Below, in pieces: positions 9,259 to 18,427 of a stretch of 32,000 bases of DNA. This DNA is from Halomicrobium mukohataei DSM 12286 (GTDB taxonomy: Archaea > Halobacteriota > Halobacteria > Halobacteriales > Haloarculaceae). The stretch covers positions 780,001 to 812,000 of the forward strand of contig NC_013202.1 in NCBI RefSeq assembly GCF_000023965.1. The letters run 5' to 3'. The translations under genes and the position numbers were made by a program. Within the stretch, counting starts at the first letter, position 1. Each line of letters begins with the position of its first letter. The notes under the pieces are model-generated. The model made no database searches and had not been told where the DNA came from. It was given only the letters and a program-made list of their open reading frames with translations.

Positions 9259-9387
9259 GCAGGTAGCCTCCTTTTCCGAGACGAACCCGTTCGTGTTCCA
9301 CCCGAAATACCGCCGCTATCCCGGACAGCGAGCGGTATCGACCGGTGTCGGCGGGACTTAAGACGGACCGGACAGACGTTCGAACGT

Positions 9388-10680
9388 ATGAGCGACGACC
9401 GCGGATTCGAGACCGACGCACTGCACGTGGGACAGGAGACGCCAGAATCTCACGCGAACGCTCGCGCCCCACCGATCTACCAGACGACCTCCTACGTCTT
9501 CGAGGATGCCGAGGACGCGGCGGCACAGTTCGCCCTGGAGAAGCCGGGCCACATCTACTCGCGGCTGATGAACCCGACCACGGGCATGTTACAGGAACGT
9601 ATCGCTGCACTCGAAGGCGGGGTCGGTGCGGTCGCGACCTCTTCGGGGATGGCGGCGCTGAATCTCGCGACCTTCCTGCTGGCCGACGCCGGGGACAACA
9701 TCGTCACGGCGTCCTCGCTGTACGGCGGCACGTACACGTACTTCACTCACACCGCGCCGCGCAACGGCGTCGAGGCCCGCTTCGTCGATACGCTGGACTA
9801 CGAGGCCTACGAGGAGGCCATCGACGAGGACACGGCCTACGTCCACTGTGAGACGATCGGCAATCCGTCGCTGGTGACCCCGGACTTCGAGCGACTGGCC
9901 GAGATCGCCCACGACAACGGCGTCCCACTCTTTGTCGACAACACCTTCGCGACGCCGTACCTCTCGAACCCGATCGAGCACGGGGCCGACATCGTCTGGA
10001 ACTCCACGACCAAGTGGATCCACGGCCACGGCACGACCGTCGGCGGCGTCCTCGTCGACGGCGGAAGCTTCCCGTGGAACGAGCACGCCGAGAAGTACCC
10101 AGAGATCGCCCAGGACAACCCCGCCTACCACGGGATCAACTTCGACGAGACGTTCGGGCCTGCGGGGCTCACTTACGCCGCCATCGCGCGCGGCCTCCGT
10201 GACATGGGCAACCAGCAGTCCCCCTTCGACGCCTGGAACACGATCCAGGGCCTCGAAACCCTCCCGGTTCGGATGGAACGCCACTGCGAGAACGCGATGG
10301 CCGTCGCCGAGCACCTGGCCGACCACCCCGAGGTCTCGTGGGTCACCTACCCCGGACTCGACGACCACGAGACCCACGACAACGCCAGCGAGTACTTAGA
10401 CGGTGGCTACGGCGGGATGATCACGTTCGGACTGGAAGACGGCTACGACGCCGCACGGGGCACCGTCGAATCCACAGAGATCGCCTCGCTGCTGGCAAAC
10501 GTCGGCGACGCGAAGACGCTGATCATCCACCCCGCATCGACGACTCACCAGCAACTCACCGACGAGGAGAAGCAGGCCGCCGGCGTCACGAACGACCTCG
10601 TTCGGCTCTCCGTGGGTCTGGAGTCGGCCGACGACATCATCGCAGACCTCGACCAGGCGATCGAGCGGGCGACGAGCTAG
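9388..10680 (+). CDS. metY: O-acetylhomoserine sulfhydrylase (PLP-dependent Cys/Met metabolism family)
   Basis: ETDALHVGQE N-terminus, the NSTTKWIHGHG PLP-lysine box, and 430 aa length. Confidence 0.9.
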   Translation: MSDDRGFETDALHVGQETPESHANARAPPIYQTTSYVFEDAEDAAAQFALEKPGHIYSRLMNPTTGMLQERIAALEGGVGAVATSSGMAALNLATFLLADAGDNIVTASSLYGGTYTYFTHTAPRNGVEARFVDTLDYEAYEEAIDEDTAYVHCETIGNPSLVTPDFERLAEIAHDNGVPLFVDNTFATPYLSNPIEHGADIVWNSTTKWIHGHGTTVGGVLVDGGSFPWNEHAEKYPEIAQDNPAYHGINFDETFGPAGLTYAAIARGLRDMGNQQSPFDAWNTIQGLETLPVRMERHCENAMAVAEHLADHPEVSWVTYPGLDDHETHDNASEYLDGGYGGMITFGLEDGYDAARGTVESTEIASLLANVGDAKTLIIHPASTTHQQLTDEEKQAAGVTNDLVRLSVGLESADDIIADLDQAIERATS

Positions 10681-11174
10681 AGGCCACTCAGCACGCCCGC
10701 CGCGCCGGCCACCAGCGGCACCAACACGAGCAGATACGCCGCCGCCGAGACGGCCCAGTCACGGGTGATCGTCCGCACCCGCTGGCGGGCCAAGCCCGGG
10801 CGCGGGAGGACGACGACGGCGAAGAACCCGACCATTAGGACGAGCAGGACGACCGCGGTCAGCAGGTACGTCACCACGCCGTCGCCGAGGACGTTCCCGA
10901 CGAGCAACAGTAGCGTCACGTACAGCGGCCCGGTGAGCCAGCCCGCGGCGTGGTGGACGACGGCGGCGAGGCGCTTCGGTGCGCTGTCGGGGTTCTGCTC
11001 GGTCAGGACGCCCGACGCGACGAACGGCGGCGTCTCACCCTCTGGCAGGCGAGCCATCACCACGTCCATCCCGCGGGTCGCGAGCATCCCGGCGACGATG
11101 CCGAAGGTAATCAGTAGCGCCACTCCCGGTGAGACCGACGAGAGAATCGTCATACCAGTGGATGGGGTCGCCAC
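10677..11174 (-). CDS. Membrane protein of unknown function
   Basis: 165-aa hydrophobic ORF with 4-5 TM segments. Its stop overlaps the metY stop by 4 nt (convergent). Exact start uncertain. Confidence 0.6.
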   Translation of the reverse strand: MATPSTGMTILSSVSPGVALLITFGIVAGMLATRGMDVVMARLPEGETPPFVASGVLTEQNPDSAPKRLAAVVHHAAGWLTGPLYVTLLLLVGNVLGDGVVTYLLTAVVLLVLMVGFFAVVVLPRPGLARQRVRTITRDWAVSAAAYLLVLVPLVAGAAGVLSGL

Positions 11175-11198
11175 CGACTTTGAAGCGATACCAAACGA

Positions 11199-11831
11199 CT
11201 ACAGCACGCTCTCGCCTTCGAGCAGCTCGGACAGCTCGGCCATCGTCTCGACGATGGTGTCACACGAGGGGGCGACCGCGGGCTTCGGGTCGAAGCCGAC
11301 GGCCAGTCCCGCCACTTCCAGCATCGGGAGGTCGTTTGCTCCGTCGCCGACGGCGATCGTGTCGTCGCGGTCCTCGCCGACGACCGTCGTCACGATGTCT
11401 AAGGCGTCGTCCTTGGTGCCCTCGATGAGCGGCCCCTCGACCGCGCCGGTGAGCTTCCCGTCGGCGACGGGCAGGCGGTTGGCGACGATCGCGTCGACCT
11501 CTACCCCCTCGGCTTCGAGTGCAGCCTCGACGCCGCGTTCGAAGCCGCCGGTGAGGATACAGACGTAGACGCCCGCTTCGCGCAGGGCCTCGATCACGTC
11601 GGCCGCGCCGGGGCGAAGCTCGACCCGATCGAACGCCGCCTGTGCCGTCTCGTCGTCCATTCCCTCCAGCAGCGCACACCGCTGATAGAGGCTCTCCGCG
11701 TACTCGATCTCGTCGTTCATCGCCCGCTCGGTGATCTCGGCCATGTCCTCGGCCGTGTCGTTCTGATTGCCCAGCAGGACGGTCATCTCCGAATCTGAGA
11801 GGGTCCCGTCGAAGTCGAAGGCGACTAGCAT
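11199..11831 (-). CDS. serB: Phosphoserine phosphatase (HAD superfamily)
   Basis: HAD motif I FDFDGTL and motif IV GDGANDL. Start placed at ATG 11831, because the track's 11861 start is a TTG extension. Confidence 0.8.
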   Translation of the reverse strand: MLVAFDFDGTLSDSEMTVLLGNQNDTAEDMAEITERAMNDEIEYAESLYQRCALLEGMDDETAQAAFDRVELRPGAADVIEALREAGVYVCILTGGFERGVEAALEAEGVEVDAIVANRLPVADGKLTGAVEGPLIEGTKDDALDIVTTVVGEDRDDTIAVGDGANDLPMLEVAGLAVGFDPKPAVAPSCDTIVETMAELSELLEGESVL

Positions 11832-11915
11832 TGTCAGGCGGTTTCTCGCGGAGGGTTTCAAAGGGTCCGGTTTCGAGTGGAGTGGTCGCGGATCGACGGG
11901 TTCGGTCGCGACGGG

Positions 11916-11948
11916 CTACGGCGTCGGCGGTGGCCCGTCGTAGCCGTC
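11916..11948. repeat. 33-bp direct repeat, copy 1 (att-like; copy of the XPD 3' end)
   Basis: ctacggcgtcggcggtggcccgtcgtagccgtc matches 13918..13950 at 32 of 33 positions. Confidence 0.9.
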
Positions 11949-12217
11949 TATATCGATCGTATCCCTTTGCTCAGGAACGGACGATTACTGGCCAGTTGGG
12001 ATAAATATATTTTCAGTACACAAATCTGATCCGTATAAACGCTTCAAGCTAGTCCCCTTCAAGAGATACAGAGTACCGTTATAATCTCATCTTTCGTCTA
12101 TCGAGTTGTACCTAATATATTTATAAAATAATATAGAATTAAATTATTTATTATAGTATAAAAATATAGTATAAATCAATAAATAAAACTAAGTGGCTTG
12201 CCAACTTCCGAGGAGAT

Positions 12218-12391
12218 ATGTCGCTGTCAAGAGATATCTTGCTATTCAGCATCGTCTTGATGATCTGGTCAATTCAAGCTGAAATGACACCAGGTGGTTC
12301 CACAATCATTGTGGTTGCATCAATGGTATTTGCCTTGGCTGGACTTGCAGGTAGCATCTATCGTTCAGCGGATGAGATACTACTAGATTGA
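12218..12391 (+). CDS. Small two-TM membrane protein (57 aa)
   Basis: Below the ORF track size cutoff. Hand translation: MSLSRDILLFSIVLMIWSIQAEMTPGGSTIIVVASMVFALAGLAGSIYRSADEILLD. Preceded by ggagat. Confidence 0.4.
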   Translation: MSLSRDILLFSIVLMIWSIQAEMTPGGSTIIVVASMVFALAGLAGSIYRSADEILLD

Positions 12392-12611
12392 GGAAATCGG
12401 GAACTCAGAGTACGTTAATCAGAGAAATTATGCAATTTGTGGGCTCAAAAACAGTGGTTTTCCACCTCAGACTGCACAACAGCCTATCACGACTGGCTAA
12501 ATAAAAATATAACAAACATATATGGTGACCAAAACTATACAGTGAAACCACTGTCTATGCAAGATCAGACTTGACCCGTGAAATAAAAACAAATGTCAAA
12601 TATATATTGGC

Positions 12612-13562
12612 CTATCTTTTCACTCCGTCAATCCTAAGCGTTTCAACAGTAGCGTCAAAGTTCATCTTTGATCCTGTAGTCCACAACCCGCAACTCAGGC
12701 TGCCGCCAAATGCTACACCGATCCGATATTCGTTTCCCTCTCTAAACCCTTCCCAAGTCGCTGATTCTGTACTCCTTGCTGTGCCACTATCGTAATTCCT
12801 GCCAGTTTCACTTGCCGTAGTGATGTCGAAGTTGCTCTCACTACTGAAATTTCTCGTAATTGTTGTCTCCTTTGATAAATTCTGAACAAAATACCCCACC
12901 GAAATCCCAGTGTGGTTCTCATAGCCATCGACTTTATCAGACATCCCGAGCAAGAAATTTGCAGTTCCTAGTGCTATCGGGATATAGGCTGGTGGCACTG
13001 ACTCGGGCGTAACTTTTGATGTGACCTGCTTTTTCACATCTTTCAAACGCTTCTTATTAGCACGACTTTTTCTCCCTGTTTTGTTTGATCGCTCGCTAGT
13101 CTGTGGGTCAACGTATTCAGTGTAGCCTGGATTAAGCTCATATTCGAGTTCTACGTCGATGAAGATGTCTAATTTGTCTGACTTGGCCTCAAACGGAGTC
13201 CCCATCACGACACCGAAAGTGTCCTTGGGACCAGCGGCTGTCCGTTGGGTCTGTCCACTGACATTACCAGTTGGACCAGATTCAACATCCAGATTATCAA
13301 AACCCTGATTTGTCACCCGGTCGGCCTCAAAACTGTCGGATTCTGTCTTTTTCAGCGTATCTCCAGGCTCAATTGTCGGAGGGTTCTTCTGTGAATTTGG
13401 AGGGAGACCAGATAGGATCACTCCATCACTAGTCAGCGTATTGGCCTCATCGTCATCCTCTGCTGTATCTCCCTGAACGCTGCCCGCTACTCCAATTGTC
13501 CCGACCGTGCTAGTTGCTACAAGTTGGGCAAACTTCCGCCTGCCAATTTTTCGTGACATCAT
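12612..13562 (-). CDS. Tat-signal secreted protein of unknown function
   Basis: Start placed at MMSRKIGRRKFAQLVATSTVGTIGVAG (twin-arginine signal). The mature part is S/T/N/G-rich and looks beta-rich. Low-GC codon usage. Confidence 0.7.
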   Translation of the reverse strand: MMSRKIGRRKFAQLVATSTVGTIGVAGSVQGDTAEDDDEANTLTSDGVILSGLPPNSQKNPPTIEPGDTLKKTESDSFEADRVTNQGFDNLDVESGPTGNVSGQTQRTAAGPKDTFGVVMGTPFEAKSDKLDIFIDVELEYELNPGYTEYVDPQTSERSNKTGRKSRANKKRLKDVKKQVTSKVTPESVPPAYIPIALGTANFLLGMSDKVDGYENHTGISVGYFVQNLSKETTITRNFSSESNFDITTASETGRNYDSGTARSTESATWEGFREGNEYRIGVAFGGSLSCGLWTTGSKMNFDATVETLRIDGVKR

Positions 13563-13917
13563 AGACGCATTAACCAAGCATACATTTCTTCTTTTTGTCT
13601 GGAGCAATTTAGACATTACTGAGAACTAACTTTAATGAGAAAGAATAAGAGTACCATGTCGGCAGTGCTAGAAATGAATGACTTCATTGTCTATATTTGG
13701 ATATGTGCGTGGCTTTTCGGATATTCATATCTATGAGTTGAAATCCAACCGTATACAGACAATAAAATAATATCACTTTGTCTATCTCATATCGTTAAAA
13801 AACCACAACATAATATAAAACACATAAATTTATAGGTGGGTACTGTTGTGATATACATAATATTGGTGGCGATTGAATAATGTCACAAGCCAGAACAGCA
13901 CTTTGCATCCGTCGATC

Positions 13918-13950
13918 CTACGGCGTCGGCGGCGGCCCGTCGTAGCCGTC
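13918..13950. repeat. 33-bp direct repeat, copy 2 (functional 3' end of the XPD gene)
   Basis: ctacggcgtcggcggcggcccgtcgtagccgtc encodes DGYDGPPPTP-stop on the minus strand. Confidence 0.9.
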
Positions 13951-16164
13951 CACGTCCTGGTAGAAGTTCAGCATCGCGAACTTGAGCTTCTCTGGGTCGA
14001 TGTCGATCATCTCCGCGCGCTCCTCCGGCGGGAAGGTTCCCCGCACCGCGTAGTCGTGCATCTCCATCTCGGCGGCCTCGGTGTAGCGCCGATCCAGCAG
14101 GATGCGGACGCCGAAGTCCTCGGGCGAGCGGACCACGCGGCCAAGCGCTTGCCGGGTCTTGCGGATCGTCGGGATCTCGACGGCGTAGTGCCAGCCCGCC
14201 TCCTCGTCGTCGCCGAAACTCATCGCGTAGGCGTTCTGGACGGCGTCCATCCGGTCGTCGAGGTGGGGGTAGGGGACGCCGACCACGACGACGGTCCGGG
14301 CGTCGTCGCCGTCGTAGCTCACGCCCTCGCCGAGCGTGCCCCACAGCGACGTACACAGGAGCGCGTCGTCCCGGTCGACGAACGAGTCTCTGAGGTCGCG
14401 GGCCTGCGTTCCGGGCTCGTCGAGGTACTGCTTCCCGTCTACGTCGACTCGCTCGTGGTATCGTTCGGCCTCGGCGTAGCTCGGGAAGAAGGCGAGCGTG
14501 TTCCCGGGCGTCATCTGGGCGGCGTCTTCCAGCACGCCAGCGACGGCGTCCTGGGTCGACGGATCGTCGCGTTCGCTGGAAAACAGCGCGGGGCCGTCGA
14601 CGGCGTAGGTCCGTCTGCGTTCTTCGGGGAACTGCTCGCCGTAGGCCATCGCCTCGGCGTCGGTCAGTCCGAGCACGTCCTGGGTCACGTCGAAGGGTCG
14701 CAGCGTCGCGCTCATCAGCACCGACGCGTGCAGATCCGAGAAGAGGTCCCCGGTCACGTTCGAGGGGATGCAGGTGTACAGCTCCGCCCGACCGTAGATG
14801 TCGCCACTCTCTTCCCGGCGTCGGACACTCACCACGGGGTACTGTCCGAGGTCGTCGCTCTCTTCGAGCCACGCCGAGAGGAACTGGGCCGCCTGCAGGG
14901 TCTGACACTCCTTGCGCGTATCGAGGTCGCCCTCCTTGAACGCCTCCTCGTACTGCTGGTCCAGCTCTCGGCCCAGTTCCAGCGCCTGGTCGAGTTCCTC
15001 GTGGAAGCCGGGGCCGCTGTACTCCTGGAGGAAAGCGAGTGTCAGTTCGTCTCGGCGGTCGTCGTTGGCGATCGAGAGGTCGTACCAGTGGTCCTCGACC
15101 TGCTCGCGCTCGCCGAAGCCGAACGCCTCGTCGTAGGTCGTCCGCAGTGCCCGAAGGAAGGTCGCGAGCACGTTGTGAGCGGCCTCGCTTCTCGCGCCTT
15201 CGCCGCCCGAACCGGCCGCCGTCTCCTCGCTCTCGGCCAGTTCGTCGATGGCGCTCTCGACGGTCGTCTCGGTGAGGGTCCGACGAGCGTGGTCGCGGGC
15301 GGCGTTCTCGACGTTGTGGGCCTCGTCGAAGACGGCGACCACGTCCTCCGGGTCCCGGCCGAGCCACCGAAAGAACTGTTCGCGGATCATCGGATCGAGC
15401 AGGTGGTGGTAGTTACAGACGACCAGATCGACGCCCTCGACGCCCTCCTTGAGCAGTTCGTAGCCACAGAGCCCGCGGTCGTGGGCGTACTCGTACACGT
15501 CGTCGGGCGTGCGAACGTCCTCGTACAGCCAGGCGTAGAACTCGGTCGTGTCCACGGTGAGGTTCCGGTAGTAGTGATCGCAGATCGTCGCGTCCGTCTG
15601 TAGCTCTTCGAGGTCTTCTTCGACCGCCTGGAGTTCGTCCATGACGGCGTTGCGGGCCTCTAGCGCGTTCTCCTGGTTCTCGCCGTCGCTGGGGCCTTCG
15701 GTGGCCTGGTCGAGCAGCTCGCTCTCCTGGCGTTCCAGCTCGGCCCGTTCGCGTTCTTTGTCCACCAGGTCACGGGTGGTATCGCGGAGCGCCTGACACT
15801 CCTCGTAGTCGACGTCGATGTGACACATCGACCCCTTGCCACGGAAGACGACCGCACGGATCGACTCCTGAGCGGTGATCGCTCGGGCGTCCTCGACGAA
15901 CTGACGCATCTGCTGGTGGACGTTGGTCGTGATGACGACGGTCTTGTCTGCCTGCCGGGCGTACTCCAGTGCCGGCACGAGCGAGGCCAGCGTCTTGCCG
16001 GTCCCGCAGGCCCCCTCGAAGAGCACGTCACGACCGTCGGTCAGCGCGTCGTAGATGCCGCCCATCGCCTCGCGCTGGTGGTCGTAGGGCTCCTCGTAGG
16101 GGAAGAAACGCAGATAGTCGTCGTCGGTCGTCGCCACGTCACTCTCTTGGCCGCTATCGGGCAA
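13918..16164 (-). CDS. rad3: XPD/Rad3-family (DinG-like) Fe-S DNA helicase
   Basis: Walker A GACGTGKTL and a DEAH box (FDEAHN). Four Cys residues (MCH, ECQ, ICD, LCG) lie between them as in the XPD 4Fe-4S domain. 748 aa. Confidence 0.9.
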   Translation of the reverse strand: MPDSGQESDVATTDDDYLRFFPYEEPYDHQREAMGGIYDALTDGRDVLFEGACGTGKTLASLVPALEYARQADKTVVITTNVHQQMRQFVEDARAITAQESIRAVVFRGKGSMCHIDVDYEECQALRDTTRDLVDKERERAELERQESELLDQATEGPSDGENQENALEARNAVMDELQAVEEDLEELQTDATICDHYYRNLTVDTTEFYAWLYEDVRTPDDVYEYAHDRGLCGYELLKEGVEGVDLVVCNYHHLLDPMIREQFFRWLGRDPEDVVAVFDEAHNVENAARDHARRTLTETTVESAIDELAESEETAAGSGGEGARSEAAHNVLATFLRALRTTYDEAFGFGEREQVEDHWYDLSIANDDRRDELTLAFLQEYSGPGFHEELDQALELGRELDQQYEEAFKEGDLDTRKECQTLQAAQFLSAWLEESDDLGQYPVVSVRRREESGDIYGRAELYTCIPSNVTGDLFSDLHASVLMSATLRPFDVTQDVLGLTDAEAMAYGEQFPEERRRTYAVDGPALFSSERDDPSTQDAVAGVLEDAAQMTPGNTLAFFPSYAEAERYHERVDVDGKQYLDEPGTQARDLRDSFVDRDDALLCTSLWGTLGEGVSYDGDDARTVVVVGVPYPHLDDRMDAVQNAYAMSFGDDEEAGWHYAVEIPTIRKTRQALGRVVRSPEDFGVRILLDRRYTEAAEMEMHDYAVRGTFPPEERAEMIDIDPEKLKFAMLNFYQDVDGYDGPPPTP

Positions 16165-16286
16165 AAGGGTTCGGCCCTAGTAACGGATCGTGCTTCGTTC
16201 GACGCAGTGTGCTCGCTGGCGAAGGCCGTGACAGATTAGCATTTGGTGATTGAAAGTATTTACCGCTCGCCCATCTTCGATAGTCG

Positions 16287-16682
16287 CTACAATACAGCAG
16301 TGTCTCTGGATGATCGTTTGATCGTCCACAGAGTATAGCCAAATCCCGCAACAACGACGGAAAGGAGCAGGTAGGTGAACTGTCCACTCATCATTGCACC
16401 GGTAATGAGTGAGCCGAGTACCAACAAAACAACAGTATGCTCATAGTTACTGCTCCGAAGCGAAACCGACATTGAGAGGATCCAGGCTGCAAGTACGAAG
16501 CCTAGTATGAGGCTTCCCTGTATGATTAGAAGGTATCCAAAGACGATTGCAGCTATTCCTGCTCCAATCACGTCTAGCGGTTCTATTTTCCGAATATCCA
16601 TATGGTTTATATGACCGCTCACGTACATCAATCCTGCGGCAATAGACAAAGTGCTGTTCAGATAGGAGGCCGAGCAATCCAC
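16287..16682 (-). CDS. Membrane protein of unknown function, lower GC
   Basis: Hydrophobic ORF with 3-4 TM segments. The true start may be an internal ATG at 16628 or 16601. Confidence 0.5.
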   Translation of the reverse strand: MDCSASYLNSTLSIAAGLMYVSGHINHMDIRKIEPLDVIGAGIAAIVFGYLLIIQGSLILGFVLAAWILSMSVSLRSSNYEHTVVLLVLGSLITGAMMSGQFTYLLLSVVVAGFGYTLWTIKRSSRDTAVL

Positions 16683-16739
16683 TTTCGAGGCCTTCTCACC
16701 GAGGAATGAAGCCGCGCCTCCAAACAGTGCACTCTTCCC

Positions 16740-17711
16740 TCAGCTCTCCGGTTCGATGTACACCTTCTGGATGCCGGCACCCGTCGCTTTGAGCTGTGCT
16801 TCGATCGCGGTGATTCGCTCGTCGATCTCGTCTGTCTCCAGTCCGTCCTCGAACTGTACGTCTGCGGTCACCAGCACCTCCTCGGGACCGAAGTACACCG
16901 TCCGGAAACCGATGATCGACGTGACGCCCGGATGGGATCGGACGATGTCGCGCAGTTCCGCCTCCACGTCGGGCTGGAGGCTCTCGCCGAGGATGAGCCG
17001 CTTGTTCTCCCAGGCCAGCGCCAGCGCGAACCCCATCAGCATGAGCCCGATCAGCAGCGCGGAGAGCTGGTCGAAGACGGCGTTGCCGGTGAGCTGTTCG
17101 AGCGTGATGCCCGTCAGCGCGATCACGATCCCCAGCAGCGCGATGGTGTCCTCGGTGAGAGCAGTCAGCGTCGTCACGTCGCTGGTCTTGCGGAACGCCT
17201 CCCGGTAGCTGGTCCAGTCGTGATCTCCCATCTGGCGTTTCATCTCGGCGCGGGCCTTGTACAGTGCCCACGCTTCGAAGACGAAGGCTCCGATCAGGAC
17301 GGTGTAGTTGACCCAGACTGGATCCAGCCACCCTGGCGGCGCGTAGCTCAGAAAGAGGAAATCGACCGTTTCACCCGCGTGCTGCCCGCCGCCGTGCCCG
17401 CCGCCGGTGAGCTGACTGTAGCCGTGTTTGGCGCTCTCCCAGCCGGCGATGCCAAAGAGGAACACCGAGACGAGGAAGCTATAGAAGAACTGAGACTTCC
17501 CGTAGCCGAAGGGGTGTTGCTGGTCGGCGCTTCGGTCGCTGAAGCGGATGCCGATCAACAGGAACACCTGGTTCCCGGTATCAGAGATGCTGTGGTACGT
17601 TTCCGATAGCATCGCCGCACTCCCGGTCAGGAGAAAGCCGACGAACTTCAGGATCGCGATCGCACCGTTCGCGACCAACGCGGCGAGGACGACCGACTTG
17701 CTTCCAGCCAT
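16740..17711 (-). CDS. Cation diffusion facilitator (CDF) family metal efflux transporter
   Basis: Six TM segments with an HSISD motif in TM2 and a C-terminal cytoplasmic domain. 323 aa. Confidence 0.85.
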   Translation of the reverse strand: MAGSKSVVLAALVANGAIAILKFVGFLLTGSAAMLSETYHSISDTGNQVFLLIGIRFSDRSADQQHPFGYGKSQFFYSFLVSVFLFGIAGWESAKHGYSQLTGGGHGGGQHAGETVDFLFLSYAPPGWLDPVWVNYTVLIGAFVFEAWALYKARAEMKRQMGDHDWTSYREAFRKTSDVTTLTALTEDTIALLGIVIALTGITLEQLTGNAVFDQLSALLIGLMLMGFALALAWENKRLILGESLQPDVEAELRDIVRSHPGVTSIIGFRTVYFGPEEVLVTADVQFEDGLETDEIDERITAIEAQLKATGAGIQKVYIEPES

Positions 17712-17764
17712 TGTCTACGCGCTCTGGCGGCCCCAACTAAGTGTTTCTGGAACGGAACAGCGAT

Positions 17765-18268
17765 ATGCTCGCGATCATCTCGGACACGCACGGTACCGAC
17801 GACCATCGACTCACCGGTCGGACGCTCGACGCCGTTCGCGAGGCCGAGATCGTCGTCCACGCCGGTGACTTCACGACCGAACGCGTCTACGAGGCCATCG
17901 CGGCCGAGACCGACGAACTCGTCGCGGTTCAGGGGAACAACGAGGAACCGGCTCTGGGGCGGCGACTCCCCACGACCGCGACCGTCGAGTGGCACGACCG
18001 GCGGTTCGTCCTCGCCCACGGCCACGAGCACACCGAGACGGCGCTGTCACTGCTGGCTCGTCAAGAGGCCGCAGACGTGGTGATCGTCGGCCACTCACAC
18101 CGGCCGGAACTGTCGACCTCGCTCGGTCCGTTGCTGATCAACCCGGGGAGCTACGCCGATCCACGGCGGTATCGCCCTGCACACGCAGAAGTGGTGGACA
18201 CTGGAAGCGAGTTGCGAGTAACGCTGTACGAGCCCGACGGAACGACGATAACGGAGGTGTGCCAGTGA
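17765..18268 (+). CDS. Metallophosphoesterase (YfcE/MJ0936-like)
   Basis: Motifs ISDTHG, GDF, GNNE, GHEH and GHSH. Start placed at the internal ATG (MLAIISDTHG). Confidence 0.85.
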   Translation: MLAIISDTHGTDDHRLTGRTLDAVREAEIVVHAGDFTTERVYEAIAAETDELVAVQGNNEEPALGRRLPTTATVEWHDRRFVLAHGHEHTETALSLLARQEAADVVIVGHSHRPELSTSLGPLLINPGSYADPRRYRPAHAEVVDTGSELRVTLYEPDGTTITEVCQ

Positions 18269-18427
18269 ATCTGGACTCACCAGCGTCGACGGATCGTGTG
18301 TCAGTCTGGTCACGGCCCGTACTGCGGTGGGCCGACGCAATCAGTAGTACACACCTGAGGTAAAAAGAGGCGACGGTAAGACAAAGAGCCGTTTGACAGA
18401 CCTCCGAAGGTGGGTCAAGCGATAGTT

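Larger units (their letters stand above)
11949..13917. mobile_element. ~2 kb AT-rich insertion (integrated-element remnant) in the 3' end of the XPD/Rad3 gene
   Basis: Bounded by the 33-bp direct repeats. GC drops sharply (a hand-counted 60-nt line at 13021 gives 40%, and 12100..12190 is almost pure AT). Carries only a Tat-secreted protein gene and a small TM ORF, with no integrase. Confidence 0.7.

Noticed and set aside
12617-12627. The 10-mer cggagtgaaa (minus strand), shared with the inverted-repeat arms at 21931 and 26286
   Set aside because: It lies inside the coding 3' end of the Tat-protein gene, is only 10 nt long, and does not extend. This is compatible with chance.
11890-13918. 10-bp inverted match ggatcgacgg (11890..11899) / ccgtcgatcc (13909..13918) just outside and inside the 33-bp direct repeats
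   Set aside because: It is short and asymmetric relative to the direct repeats. The direct repeats explain the insertion without it.
13873-15603. 576-aa plus-strand ORF, and a 494-aa minus-strand alternative-frame ORF at 13883..15367, overlapping the XPD helicase gene
   Set aside because: They are antisense or off-frame to a gene with clear helicase motifs. The products are R/G/V/H/D-rich low-complexity strings, typical of stop-codon-poor frames in high-GC DNA.
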